Positions 1-13,021 of a stretch of DNA of 64,000 bases are shown here, piece after piece. Source of the stretch: Nitrospirales bacterium. GTDB taxonomy: Bacteria > Nitrospirota > Nitrospiria > Nitrospirales > UBA8639. The stretch spans positions 352,001 to 416,000 of the forward strand of contig CBDBCZ010000011.1 in assembly GCA_965203295.1 (NCBI GenBank), given 5' to 3'. Position numbers and translations under genes: made by a program. The notes beneath the pieces were generated by a model. It was not told where the DNA came from and searched no databases. It worked only from the letters and a program-made list of their open reading frames with translations. How positions within the stretch are numbered: the stretch's first letter is position 1; each line of letters starts with the position of its first letter.

Positions 1-2699
1 ACGTTCATATACTTTGCCTTAAAATTCCAACCCTGCAAAAGGAAAACTATTCAATAAGAACATTTCACTGAAGTAATATTAATAGAATAGCACCAATTAA
101 GGTTCAGTTATACCTTGTCTTTAGGGCACTCCTTTTGCTGTGGAGTCTTTGTCCTGCGTATAAGAATCAAAAATATTGTTACAATTAGAGACACTCCAAT
201 CCCCAACAGTAGACATCCGGGTGGTACGAATGTATGGAACAGAACATCTACATCCTTTGCGACGCAAAGAAAGGGAGGGAAAAAAGGAGAATAACTCCCT
301 CCAGTAGCAATAACAACAGCTACTGATACAAATGGAAGAATAATTGCCATGGCCACCATTCCAATGTGAATATATTTGAAGTGGCCTTTCTGTTGAAAGG
401 TTCTGGCGTGAAACGGAAACGTCAGGCCCCAAAGTACCCCAGCGATGTGTGTGTTCCAGAGAATAAGCTCTGAGAGGAATGTGTAGTGAAACACTGCACC
501 TGTAAAAGAAAATGGTGGTTATTGTATTGTTGCATGCAGACCAGAATACATGGAGATTTTAAATAAGCGCCTTATTTCTGCTATACATAGGATTGAATAA
601 GAATTTATTACCATGTTAATGTTTTGTATATACATACCTTGAAGATTGCAGTAAAATGTCGAACTTTGAAGTGCACTCTCTATAATATTCTGTGTCTTAC
701 AGAACAACTTAGTTCTGTTTGTGTAGCCGATTAACAAAGAAATTTCGAATAGGCCCAATGGTAACATTTCATAGAGAACAAACACTGCTGGAAACTTGAA
801 CCTATACAGAATTGAGAGAAAATTAAACAGCTGCAGGCACATATTAACATCTTATAAATATTTAACTTACATGCGCTCATTCTGAATGCAAGAGAGCACC
901 AGTACCACTGCAGCAGAAACAATGTACACAACTGCTTGAAACACAACTACAACATCTGTGATCACAATAACTGCATGAGGCAGCTCTTCCCATTCTCCAC
1001 ACTTCGGCTGGCATGTTCCTCCGGCATCATAGAAGCCATCACTGCACACTAGTGCAGGAGTAACATTGGGTCGTGACGACATGTCAGCAGCTCCACTTGT
1101 TGAAGTTGTGTTGCCTATGATGATATACTGCATTTGAATCTGAATTGGATTGTACAAACATGCGTTTAATATACATACCTGAACACATTAAAGTGATGTT
1201 TGGGAATGATTCACATGGTGGTACTTGAAGAGTCGCAATTAGAGGCATAGCTCGTTGAAACTCTGGTGCACACGTGTTCATGAGAGCATTGCAGTCCTCC
1301 AAAGAGGGTAGATGAAGTTCTCTAGTGCTGTTGTCACAAAATCCAAAGATTGAGAAACAGATGAATGGTACAATTGCCTCACTGCAGTTGTCACTTGGGG
1401 TTAGCAGCTGCAAGCCTGCTAGAAGTTGCATGGCCTGTGTCTCCAGCTCTTGTTGGGGCTCCCTCACAGGTATCAATATGTCACTATCTCCAACACCAGT
1501 AAGACACTCCTGCTGTGCTTGCAAGTGTTCTCTGCATACAGCACCAGTGTAGACCACTGGAGTGCACGATGCATTTGTGCTGACTCCTCCTTCGCTTGCA
1601 ATGTCCTGAATTGATCAAAGAGTAATAATTGAAGGGCTGAGAACCAGAGTGGTCTAACCTAATATAGAAGGAACTTCCACCTCCCAAACTTGAGACAAAA
1701 ATGTAATTTATACACTGCAAAAAATATGTTTGTGACTACTGAGTGGATACCCGATCTGGGTAGCTATGGATGTAGGAGTTAGATCACAAAGTGGTGATTT
1801 GTTACTCCTAAGATATATTTTGGCATTTCATACAAATTATGTACAAATTGTGAGTCTTTTTATCTACATGGGACTCAACATTCCAAATGGAGGAGGTTCC
1901 AGGAACCTTCTCCAGTTACTGAGTCACATGTTACATGTATATAGTGATGAAAGACTCACAAAAATGTATGACGTATTCAAAACACCACTTTGAGGTCTAA
2001 CTCCTACATACATGCACTGTCATCTGCACTTCAGGTAACCACTAAGTACATAGTCAACATAGTGAAGAGCTAGTTACTCAAAAGTTAAGACTTTCATCAT
2101 AATTGTCATACACTCATGCACTTTTAAATTGATTTTGTACAAATTATGCACTTTTTAGTGCTTGATTTTGGGTTGGCCCACTATGGCTCTCAGCCCTTCA
2201 TTATTGAGCTTGGCAAACAAGATTGTAAGGGGCGTGTTCTTCCGCTTCCGCTGTTTAATATCGACCGACAGATTAATGCCATTGCGCTATTTCGCATCCC
2301 AAAGAAGACATCGAACTATATATAGTCCACCACGGTGTGGCTACAGTACGCCTTGCACTCTCTTTTGTCGTATTTATAGAGGAGCACTACTTTAGTTTCA
2401 CCGAGTCAATGTATACTCAAGAGACGTGTCTCCAGGTTGCGAATTGCGTTGTATAGTCAGGTTCGCGAGCCATGGCCAGACACCGAGAGTGCAGTGGCCC
2501 GCGAGACTATTTAATGTCGCTCCACAGTAATCTTATTTTACATTAATATTACATTATTCGGCATGCATTTACTTACTCGAGGAAGGTGATAGAAGATTAT
2601 GGGTAGAGTCAGAAGGATCCAGAACACAGCAATCACTACCACAGCTATCACCAGCCCTGTGTACCTCCTAGGCTTAGACTGCGATTCTTTGCCACCCAT
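1..2699 (-). CDS. Frizzled-CRD + 7TM receptor-like protein, copy 1 (3' end runs off window)
   Basis: Exons 2577-2699, 1179-1605, 871-1114, 638-801, 114-499, <1-32, all GT-AG with consistent phases. Exon 1 MGGKESQSKPRRYTGLVIAVVVIAVFWILLTLPIIFYHLPR; exon 2 CRD-like (CTPVVY..VC..CSEAIVPFICFSIFGFCD..EDC..TC..PPCESFP); exons 3-6 carry hydrophobic helices; paralogous to four other copies. Confidence 0.85.
1631..2199. mobile_element. Non-autonomous TIR element (Sola-like), copy 1, in intron 1 of receptor copy 1
   Basis: Imperfect ~30-bp TIRs GAAGGGCTGAGAACCAGAGTGG / CCACTATGGCTCTCAGCCCTTC; homologous over its length to 5538-5993; AT-rich flanks (aatt/atta). Confidence 0.7.
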
Positions 2700-3023
2700 T
2701 CTAGTCAAGTCAGTAGATGGAATGCCTTAGCCTGTCTTATAGCTGTCCATTATTCATATGCAGCAGCTGGTGGGAGTACTGGTAGTCTACACGAACGCAT
2801 CCTTAATTAATTGCCAAGCGGAAGTAGCCGCTGTGCATGCAATAAAATGGCTGTACTGACTCAATCGCAGCATACCGCTGCTTCGGTACGCACCCTCTAA
2901 GCGCTACAAACAGTCCATCCGCCAGCGGACGCATTGCGATAATTTAATTGCACGCCAGGAAGTGACGTCACACGGTCACTCCAGCTAGCTGCCTTGTGCA
3001 AAGATGGCCGATCTGCTCAAGAC

Positions 3024-3643
3024 ACTAGCCATTAGCGACAGAAGGTTAGCCTCGATAATTAACCCTTTTCTCACGTGCATCGATAGGTCAAAGATCAGGC
3101 GACGCGCATGCGCATTGCGTAACTACACAAAATGCCATCACAGTTGTGAAGGCAATGCAGCAGCAGTCTCAGACAGAAGCAAAGGTTCTACCAATCAAAA
3201 GACACTATGCTCCAAACGCAAATCACGAGAAGCAACTTCGCTTTTTTTCCACTAAACGAAAGCGGACATCAACCACCAGTGGGTTGGGCAAGCTCTCATT
3301 GGAAGAAAGTAAACAGTGTAAATCGAAGCTAACTTCACTAGGTTTTGCGCTGTTTGCCTTCAGGAAGACGATCGTTCTTCATCTGCTAGTGGAGAGCTGG
3401 TGACCTGGCTTCAGTGTTCCATCTGCACAATGTGGGTGCACACAGCACCATCTTAATGATACACTCCCAGATGACTACATTTGTAACTACTGTGCTGAGG
3501 AGTAATCCAGCAAACATTTTACACTGTTCACTTCACTATAGAGGCTTACTATTGAGAAAAGGGTTAAAGTATTAAATAATCTTCCGCCTCACGTGAGAAA
3601 AGGGTTAATTATCGAGGCTAACCTTCTGTCGCTAATGGCTAGT
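3024..3643. mobile_element. Nested non-autonomous DNA transposon with 54-bp perfect TIRs and 8-bp TSD
   Basis: TIR ACTAGCCATTAGCGACAGAAGG...CTCACGTG at 3024-3077 and its reverse complement at 3590-3643; TSD CTCAAGAC at 3016-3023 and 3644-3651; internal broken PHD-finger-like coding (..QCSICTMWVH..DDYICNYC). Confidence 0.85.
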
Positions 3644-4117
3644 CTCAAGACTGCATCGTGCGATCAATCTTCACATTATCCCTTGTTTTAATATCTTAGA
3701 GAAGAAAGAGTGCATTGAAGCTAACCAAATGGCGAGGAGAAGTGCATTTGGACGTCGATCAAGTTTTTACGTGGATAGTAAATGCTGGCCTCATGGCTGA
3801 AGCCTGCGTGCAAGTAACCTTTAGCGTGATGTCTGTCCACACCAGTGGCGCGGACACAGCAAATCGCAATGGTAAGTCAATCCTCATTGTTTTGGCATGC
3901 TGTAAGTAGAGTGTTACGTTATTCTTGGTGGGGTAAAGTAGAAAGGGGCACAATTTAGAGTAAGTCGGTCTGTAACCCTGAATTCAGCACTTATTAACCT
4001 AACATTACATGGTGGTCCTTTAGCTAGGCACTGATAGTTTGTTATGAGATGCTGCTGGTAGCCCAATTCTTAATATCAGATACTGCACAGAACGTGTTAT
4101 GCTATAGTGTGGGGTAC

Positions 4118-4760
4118 TGTCTCAGTAAAAATGGACCCCCAAAATTGGTTCCCCCCCCCCCAGAACTAATGTTTAAAAAATTATGGACCCCCCGGAACTT
4201 GTTTTACAGACCCCCTCCGATACATTCGGACCCTTCTAAGTTACATGCCAGAACTATTTTTTTGGAACCCCCAGAACCTTTTCTTTGGATAATAGGGACC
4301 CCCTCATAGCTGTCCTTAATGCGAATAAACAACATGGACAGTTTACAAACACTTGTTACAAAACCAGGATAAACTACTATCAAGATGGCTAGGTAGCGGT
4401 GCCTTCATTTTACCGATGTTGAAAAAGACTTCGCCTTGATCTATGGTTAGGAGGGCAGCATGTTCACTGTCAGCTCTTTTCTTTTTCTTAGTGAGCTCGG
4501 GAGGGTAAGAGCCGTCCAGAGCATACTGAATGGCATACTCAAGTATCTCATCTGCCTTTTTGCTGTCACTCTCCGCCATTGGCATTGCGGCGATCCAAAA
4601 GACAACTAGTATACATGTATACAAGAAAAGCAATAGCATCTTTAATGTTAATACACCCCTGACAGGCACTGACTTGCCTTCAGCCAGTAAACAATCCAAA
4701 CTTGCACGTACAGGCCTACAAATTTTTCGGGGGGAGTCCATACATTTCAGAAAACTTTGT
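4118..4760 (-). mobile_element. Probable Ginger/GIN-integrase-like relic
   Basis: Starts TGT with GGACCCCC-type subterminal repeats; minus ORF segment ADEILEYAIQYALDGSYPPELTKKKKRA resembles the N-terminal part of Gypsy-integrase-like proteins (from memory). Confidence 0.35.
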
Positions 4761-4986
4761 TCACACTGTGAGCCAATCGGATTCAAGCTTTGTAAAACGT
4801 CATGAGAAGATTTCGTCAATAGTGTGGTCTGACCAGTCAGATAGCAGTTTTACTGCAGGATCTCTTTTGTTGATAGTTTGCGTGTGTCGTCATATCACAA
4901 CGTCTGCATTCCAGATTGACGGGTTCATTACTGTAGGACTCTGTACCAGGCTCTAACTTTTCCATCGAGAGTCTGGCTACCAGACT
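4760..4986 (-). repeat. Dispersed repeat with TAGTC terminus (Academ-derived non-autonomous family)
   Basis: Reverse complement (tagtctggtagccagactctcgatggaaaagttagagcctggtacaga...) aligns with 36248-36460. Confidence 0.65.
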
Positions 4987-5340
4987 ATGCTATGTAGTGG
5001 ATAGTACATGTATGTAACTGCTATTGGTATCTTCATCTGTTGTGTAATCTAGTTCACTTGCTATCACCATGTCTTCATCTAATTCTTCAAACATATGGTT
5101 ACAAGCTCATGATCATCTGTTGTCTGCATGTGGTCTTCTGTCTAGGTGATATGCTATTGTGAAGCTCGCTACTACTGGAAGGTATGCTCCAATTAGAACG
5201 ATTGACACATTTGCATATAGTTCCATAGAACTGAATAGTAAACTCCACTAGATATATAGTTTACCTGCAGCTGTATTATACAGATACAGCAGCTTAATGC
5301 AGCACACAACCATTAAAGCTATTTACGTAATATTTATATC

Positions 5341-5478
5341 CCAGTTGGCAGTGCATTACGGGATTTAATTAGTGTGTGAGGACAATTAAGTAACGGTCGA
5401 GTGTGCATTATCCACTTGAGTCAGTTGCTTTATTGTCCGAGCGCACTGATTAGTCCCGTATTGCACTGCCAACTGGTT
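5341..5478. repeat. Palindromic (hairpin) dispersed repeat
   Basis: CCAGTTGGCAGTGCATTACGGGA ... TCCCGTATTGCACTGCCAACTGG; a more perfect second copy lies at about 42412-42590. Confidence 0.75.
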
Positions 5479-5537
5479 ATAAGGTATTTAGTGCTCTCAC
5501 TGACCTGAGACAGGCACAGTTCTATTGGGTGTTATAT

Positions 5538-5993
5538 GAAGGGCTGAGAACCAGAGTGGTCTAACCAAATTAAAGAAACTTCCTCCTCCCAAACTTGAGA
5601 CCAAAAAATATAATAAGAATACCTGATCTGAGTAGCTATAGGGGTAGGAGTTAGACCACAAAGTGGTGACTTGTTACTCCTATGATATTCCATACAAATT
5701 ATGTACAAATTGTGAGTCTTTAATCTATCCACATGGGACTAAACATGGTAACTGGAGTGAGGTTCCTGGAACCTTCTCCAGTTACTATGTTGAGTCCCTT
5801 GATATAGCAGATGAAAGACTCACAAAAATGTTCTACATGTCAAGTGACACCACTTCGAGGTCTAACTCCTACCTACACACAGCAATGAAAGATTTCACAT
5901 TATTTGTCATACACTCGTACACTTTAAAGTACAATTATGCACTTTCCAGTAGCTACTTCATTTGAGTTGGCCCACTATGGCTCTCAGCCCTTC
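5538..5993. mobile_element. Non-autonomous TIR element (Sola-like), copy 2, nested in Academ
   Basis: Same TIRs as 1631-2199; exact 4-bp TSD ATAT at 5534-5537 and 5994-5997 (AWWT TSDs are typical of Sola1). Confidence 0.75.
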
Positions 5994-7743
5994 ATATACA
6001 AGTGTGCATTATATATCCAGTGTGCATTAAGGCATGGTTATGTAATCGGTTTTGAGACTACTGATTCGTCAAAGGTCGCGTGAGTAGCAATAATAAGTGT
6101 TTTAAGTACATGTGCTCACAAATAAAGTACAAGTGGCTCCCCCCCCCCCCCCCCCCCGTTTGTGTATATATAGAAGGCACTTGTTAACACAAGAAGTTTC
6201 TTTTACTTGGCCTCATTACTGCTGCTTTTTAATTCTCTAGATGAAGAACCTCCATACCGTAGTGATATCCTGGAACGTGCTGCAGCAGTGGATCTCCTAT
6301 GCCGGCCAAAGTGTGTTTTTATCTTGCCCTTGCACACATAACAGTGAACAGATTTCAATTTTTGAAAGTTTGACAGTATGTACCAGGTATTTAGTAATGC
6401 TTCTCTTTCAGGCGGTGCTGCAGATGATGCCTGTGGTGATGAAGATAGGAGTGGCTATAGCAAGTGTTTGTAACAGAGGACATGGAATATTTTAATTTCA
6501 GGAGGAGGACCTCTCCATTAGGCATGCACTGATTAACATTTAATAAGAAATTGGGAGGGGTAAAGTTGAAAGGGGCAGTGTTCTACTGACCGTGGTTGAC
6601 GGGCCTGTCGTAGGTGGGGTGTGCTTCGAGAGACACTACTCCTGTAGCACTGCAGTTGGAAGACTACGCTTGGTACCGCGAGGGAGAGCAAGACCAGTAG
6701 TTGATAACCGTGCAACATGTAAATGTATTGTGAGGGTGATGTGCATGCAGTCGCTGCAGCTGCAGCGTGGATTTTGAGACCCGCCTTCCATCAGCGCGCT
6801 TCCGCTTTTACCGGTGATGACGTGTACAAATAAATGTTACTATATTTAGTAACATCCAAACTATAGCCAACCCGTAGTCTCGCGTGCCTAAGCCAACCCG
6901 GTGGTAGTTGGCTGGTTCTCGAGCGATAACTAACGATGGCATGGCCCAACTTTGATTTTTTGGGCAGCATGGTGCAAAGCCAAGGAGGGAGCAGATAACG
7001 TACTGTAGAGTAAACTTTCTCCAGGACTACAACATACTGAAACGCCTTTACTGTAGCTTAGCCAGAATTCAGAAAAAAAAACGGTCGAAAAAATCCACTA
7101 ATTTCGCACCTAGCCACATGCGATTGCAAAGGGCTAGGCGGTTCAAACAAGCGCCAAGTTATTCGCCTATCTTTTCTCTTTGCACTGGAGAAGGTTGCAT
7201 GCTCATACCTTGCATGAATCGAGAGACACGTTGTTATAAACCCGGCAGTGCCCAATGCTTCCGGTTTGCTGGACCAACTTCGATTTTTTGGGCAAGCATG
7301 TGCAAAACTTAGTACAGGCACAAGAATTGCTGTGCAAGCACATTCCAACCTAAACCACAAGCATTGCAAATATTTAGTAGATTGAGAAGCGTGCAGCGGA
7401 GATATACTGTTGCAAACTTACAAAAATTACTGAACAGAGGCTCTCGTGACTACATTGCAACACGATATCATGACGTCACGGAACACGCGTGCACCGCACT
7501 GCGTATTGACCGCAATACACGCGCTCGGAGAGAGAGGAAATTCCAAGGTTAGTTTTTACATGAACAGGAATTCAGCTGCAATTGTGTGTGAATGAATAAC
7601 AGTATATAGGCACAAAATTACTAGCAAATACAGTAAATGAGGGTCCATTCCATTTCTGGGCAGAGGATCTTGGTACAACACTTTCACATGAACTTCTCTG
7701 CCCCAATTGATGTACAGTCCGTTTATGCTGCTCCTGTGGAAGA

Positions 7744-10700
7744 ATGAGATTGATTGTTGCATTGGTTGTGCTGGGATTAGCTGCTACTTTAGTAGCACTT
7801 TCTGAAAACCGACCACGGCAAGGAAAGAGAAAGTACAATGAGTCCGACTGTGAGCTAAAGCTGTTAATGAATCACATTATGTATATTACAGGGCCGGCTG
7901 TTGAACCTATGTCGGTGGCCGTGATGAAAGTGTACATGGCTGGTAAGATTAGTACCATCACAGGGACAGCTGTACTCGAGAAAGTACTCCACTTCAGGCA
8001 TACATTGCCTCCACACACACACCCAAAATTCTACGAATATCCTCTGTCGACTATTAGTCCCAATCGCCAGGGTGTCCCAGGGGGTAATGCCCACACAAGT
8101 ACCGCCAGTAACAGGCATAATGTCAGCATTAGATCTGGGGTAAGTGGGAAAAGGGGCTCAAACAGAGGGAATGATGATGTCGAGCCAGCGCCTAAACGAG
8201 GCAGAAGAGCGAAATATCATAAGCAATGTGGTGAATGCAGCCTGTGGATACAGTCTGGGTCTGATATCCAGGTCCAACACTTGCACCCCACAGCAAACAT
8301 GCGGCACCCAGGCTCAGAATCTCAAAATTTATCCCACTATGCATCATATGATGGGGTACAATTCCAGTTGCAGGGTGACAGCTGCATATGTGAGCCTTGC
8401 TATCGTGATTTTAGTCGGAACTCCCACAACAAAGAAAATCAAATTCCTAGGTGGTACAAAGTGCAACGGGAATTTTACAATTCACAACAAGTAGTACGTC
8501 ACCACTGCATCTTCTGTTGTACATCACAATCAGAGTGTCACTGTTTTGAAATACAAGATTGGGGGCCAGACGGTTGGTACGGGAAAGATAATCCCTGAAC
8601 ATGGCGACAATACCTGAGCTGCAACGGTTATGTTCCCCATGCAATTCCTGATTACTGTATGTAGATCGCACTACCGTAGAGTAAGGGAAATCATTGCTAA
8701 CAGGAAATGTACAACGTGTTCGACCAAATACTGCGATGCTGCATGGAAATTGGTCTGTGATGTAACAGATAGTGTAGACACAGTACGTGAACAGCTTGCG
8801 ATTCCAAGTGAGTCCGTGGGGTTCTTTGATTGGATGTGCAACAGGTGTCGACTCTTCGTAAGCGACTCTAATATGTTCACAGGAACAATTTTGAGTGACC
8901 AATCCTCCCCTGACCCTGTAACTGCTCAAAAGGCATTTCAAATTAATAATGCCCTTGAAAAGCTAAGAAAGGAAGGCCTTGTATTTGCTTCTCATGAAAT
9001 AGCTCAATTCAAATCTTTTCTCCGTTCTGTTCAAACAGATGCTACTGTTATCCCACGTATGGCCACAGTATTTAGTAACTATCTGGAACGCGTTATTTCA
9101 AAACAGTCCTTATCTTTTCATTCCTATTGCCCAGATGCTAAGAAATACGGTAGGGTATATTATAATGATAAAATATTTAACCCCCTATCCATACCATATG
9201 TATTCAACCAACATCTTGAAAATCAGAAGCTGGTTTCAGAAGTAGAACAGCTGCAAAAAAGCAGCCGGCTACGTTCTGACAAAGTGCGTGAAATGGTGAA
9301 GAATCAGACTACCTTGTTCCCATCAAGCGGAAAATTTGATTATCGTTCGATCATTACAGATGATGGGTCTATTAATGAAGCTGTTTTGAATAATTACTTT
9401 GATAAAGAATTGATGAGTTTGTCGACAGTATTACTACATCTGAACACTCTTAAACCCACCCCTTTTCACCATACTATAAGGACTGCCGGCAGATGAGAAT
9501 AAAAATGTCCATTGCCTTAATGGCTTTTACTATGAATCCACAGTCATGCTTCCTACAAACATTAACAGGTTTGCTCTGTTATGGTTATGGCCTAAGGGAC
9601 AAGGGATTTGACATTCTTAATGTACTTGGGTGTACATGCGGGATTGATACAATCAGAAAGCACGGTTCATACTGGGCTGAGCGTCGTTCAGCCACACAAG
9701 AGCTAAATCCAGCGAGTTTCTGGCGTCTATCTGTAGATAATCTCAACTTTAAAATCAAATTTGCCAAAAGTATAGGAAGTGGTAGCGCAGGTGCTAAAAA
9801 ACAACTCGATCTTTTAATTAACAGGTCAAGTCAACGATCGGTCGTGTACTTCTGTTAGTGGACAGCTCTGCACAGACTCTCTTAAGTCTGCCATTTTTAG
9901 GGATATGGAAATGGAAGCAATTACATATTATCAGAGCAGGCAGACCGGCGAGGACATGTTTGTGCTTAACATGCACTCAGCAGAGGGTAGATACTTAGAA
10001 CAATTCAGATATGAGTGTTTTGCTACTGCAGTAAAAAGAATGGAAGCTTCCTCCCTGACATTCCCTTATACCTTCATGGAGTCTGTTCAAAATAACATGA
10101 CACACTGGACACCCACAAAGCCAGACAAACCTTCAATATAATGTGGAATTTAAAGAAGGCATACCCAAACAGATTTAATTGGATGTACGTTCTTCATGGT
10201 GACTGGCACCTTTTGAATCTTCTCTCTCAGGTGGTTTGGACATTGCTGCGGGATGGGGGCCTGAAGCAGTTTTCTTTTCACTGCGGTTACAAGCATGAAC
10301 TTACCCAGTGGCAAGAAATACATCTCATGTTGATGGCTACACACGAAATTTTACTTAGAAAAGCTGTTACACAATATAAATCCCAATTACAGGAAAGATT
10401 CGCAATGTCATATGGTACAGTATTTTGGGAGTGGATCAATCACTTAAGTAGCCCTGCTAATCAGAATCAAATTTCAAGGTTCTGCAAAAGCATACACACT
10501 CTACCAGATGACATTATCACACACTTTTTACAAGGGGAGTGGACAACAAGCCTCAAGGGTCACAAATTCCGCAACCTAGCTCTGGACGAGGCCCATGAGT
10601 CTGTAATTAATCTAAGATTAAAACAAATCACTTCCCGACCATCACACTTTAGAACAGTAGAACTATCTAATTTCATGGCATATTTAGATAAGGTAGTTAA

Positions 10701-12794
10701 TGGCTGTGAACACTTTGTATTTAAAAATAAAGCAGACACTTTCTCCCGCACAAAAAGATTCATCTGTCAAAGAGCAGCGAGGATGAACGATATTATTATG
10801 GACAAAGGCCTATTCACTTACTCTAACACTGTCATTGTACTCGAAAACATATTTCACTCATCCCCTTCCAGCCTTGACTCCGCAACCATTCACGACCTAC
10901 TTAACTTTTATTCAATTGGCACTGAGCGAATGTTTAATTACATAAGAGATTATATACTAGCTCCCCCAAGTGAAATTCCGAAAAAGAAACATAGACTTGT
11001 TAAGTTACGGACATTTAGTAGCAAGCCAGCTATACCTAGGGCACAGAAATCCAAAATGAAACAGATCACCAATATTGCAACAAATGCTATGCGTCTCCTA
11101 CAGTCACATGGAATAATGGCTCAAACATCAGACTACCCACTTGCAATGGCAAACCTTGACGGTACAATGAGAAAGGCCAATAAAGCTGAATTTAGATCAA
11201 GTCTTTGTAAACATACTGAGTTCACTGGAGCATTTATTACTACAAGTCCAACCCTTTGCAACACTTTCATCATAGATTTCTTGTACTTTATTCACATACC
11301 ACCTCCTCCAGATGTGGCTAACTATTCCACCTATTTCTCTTACTTATGGGAGAGAGCCATCGACAAACTCGGTATAAAGCGTGGCTTCAACTGCATCTAC
11401 ATTGTTTTTGATAAACCGGACTTTCTGCCACCTCCAAGGACACTTGTTCACCAATCGCGAGCAGAGAAAGTGGGTAAACTCAATGACCAACCCTACACTA
11501 TTGCAGACAACCAGGAAATACCTCACAATGGATTTACAGCATTATTATCTTTAAAGGAATACAAGGCAGATCTAGTTCAGTATATATCCTTTAAGCTAAC
11601 TAGCAAGTGTGTATTAACTTCAGGAGCAGAAGAAATTACATTCATTATAGATTCCCCAAGTGCTCCTTCACCTTTTCTCATAACTCAAGGCTCCATACAA
11701 CAACACCCCCCCAATCAGCACGGGGAGGCAGACTACGCCGTTTGGCATCATACCATTCACTCACCTAGTAGGAACATTGTGATCTTCTCCGGAGCACAGA
11801 CACATGGGTCTAAGGACTTGGCTTGTGTGAACTAGGATGGCTGGAGGGGAAATCAGTGTTTGTTCAGAGAACTGAAACAAGTGAGTATGTAGATATAGGC
11901 AGCCTAGTGTGCAGCATAAGAGGACATCCTAAGCTACGGCAAATTGCACATCCTGCATGTTCACTGGTAGCATTGTATGTGCTCAGTGGCTGTGACTATA
12001 CCAGTTCCTTCTATGGTTGCACAAAACAGCGGTTCCTAGATACATTTTTAGATAACATTTCCTACATTTGTGCACAACCTTCAGGCTCACTCGTTACCAA
12101 CACAGAAGGCACATTCACAATACCAGAAAATACTTGGATACGTCTCATAACAGCAGTATATTTCTATAAACACTCTGATTTCTTCCGTCACAAAGCTATT
12201 TCTGATGTTTACAACCTCCTCACACAATTTCCCGATGCAGAAGAAGGAAGACAATTTCTTTCATGGGTTGGTTACCGATCAGCCAGTGTTAGTACTCTTG
12301 AACAGTGGCATGAATTCATGCAACGAGTCACTTTTCATGCTAGCTCTGTGACAAAGGTGTATGAATACAAGCTTCTTCCCACAATATCTGCTCTGTTTCT
12401 TCATCTAAAGCGTGCTAATTACGTTCTTAGAATGGTATGCAGCTCACCTCAGTCATCATGTTCAGACCTTGACAACTTCTCCCTCTTTGGCTGGCAACGA
12501 AATGGCACTGACATCCAGATTGAATGGGATTCCTCTCACCCCACTCAACATTCCACCACCAAATGCACTTGCACAACAGGGTGTTCATCCGGAAGATGCT
12601 CCTGTTTCAAGAACTGTTCCGCATGCACTGCAAAGTGTAGATGTAGTCGGTGTAATAATCCACACAATGATGGCAATCACTGTAGCAAATGCTCTTCTAA
12701 CGACACTGATGAAAGCGAAAGCGAAGAAAGTGGAAACGAAATCTCCAACAATGAACTTGACGACATCTACATGAGCAGTGGCGATGAACTATAA
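7744..12794 (+). pseudogene. AcademX transposase / XPG-like nuclease / Cys-rich protein, disrupted by stops, frameshifts and deletions
   Basis: Colinear ORF pieces 7744-8598, 8630-9496, 9493-9858, 9905-10141, 10141-11835, 11823-12794. Transposase motifs: LSVDNLNF, HGDWH, LDEAHES. XPG/FEN1-like motifs: IIDF, IVFDKP, HGEADY, (GD)TDTW across a frameshift, LSGCDYTSSFYG. C-terminal CTCTTGCSSGRCSC..CTAKCRCSRCNN plus an acidic tail. Confidence 0.8.
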
Positions 12795-13021
12795 AGTTTA
12801 TGTGTTAATAAATCTGTATTAAAAGCGTAATTTTGTCATTTTATCAGTATTTACCGTGTTCTGATAGGCTGTTTAACGCACAGAATATTGCATGGAGGCA
12901 ACACTGAAGTTATGCCTGCTGACAGTCTCAGGATCAAAGACTAAAATAATTATACAAAATACAGTCTAATATCTATGCCCGGCCAGACAAACTCGGGCAC
13001 AAACTGCGCTAACAGCTATTA

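Noticed and set aside
1325..1552. Recurrent plus-strand 75-aa ORFs (also 17152, 22927, 32297)
   Set aside because: Antisense shadows of the conserved CRD exon; they repeat only because the gene is duplicated.
7744..7810. Signal peptide at the start of the Academ ORF implying a secreted protein
   Set aside because: The true start of the decayed ORF is uncertain and the downstream content is nuclear/transposase-like; the hydrophobic stretch may be incidental.
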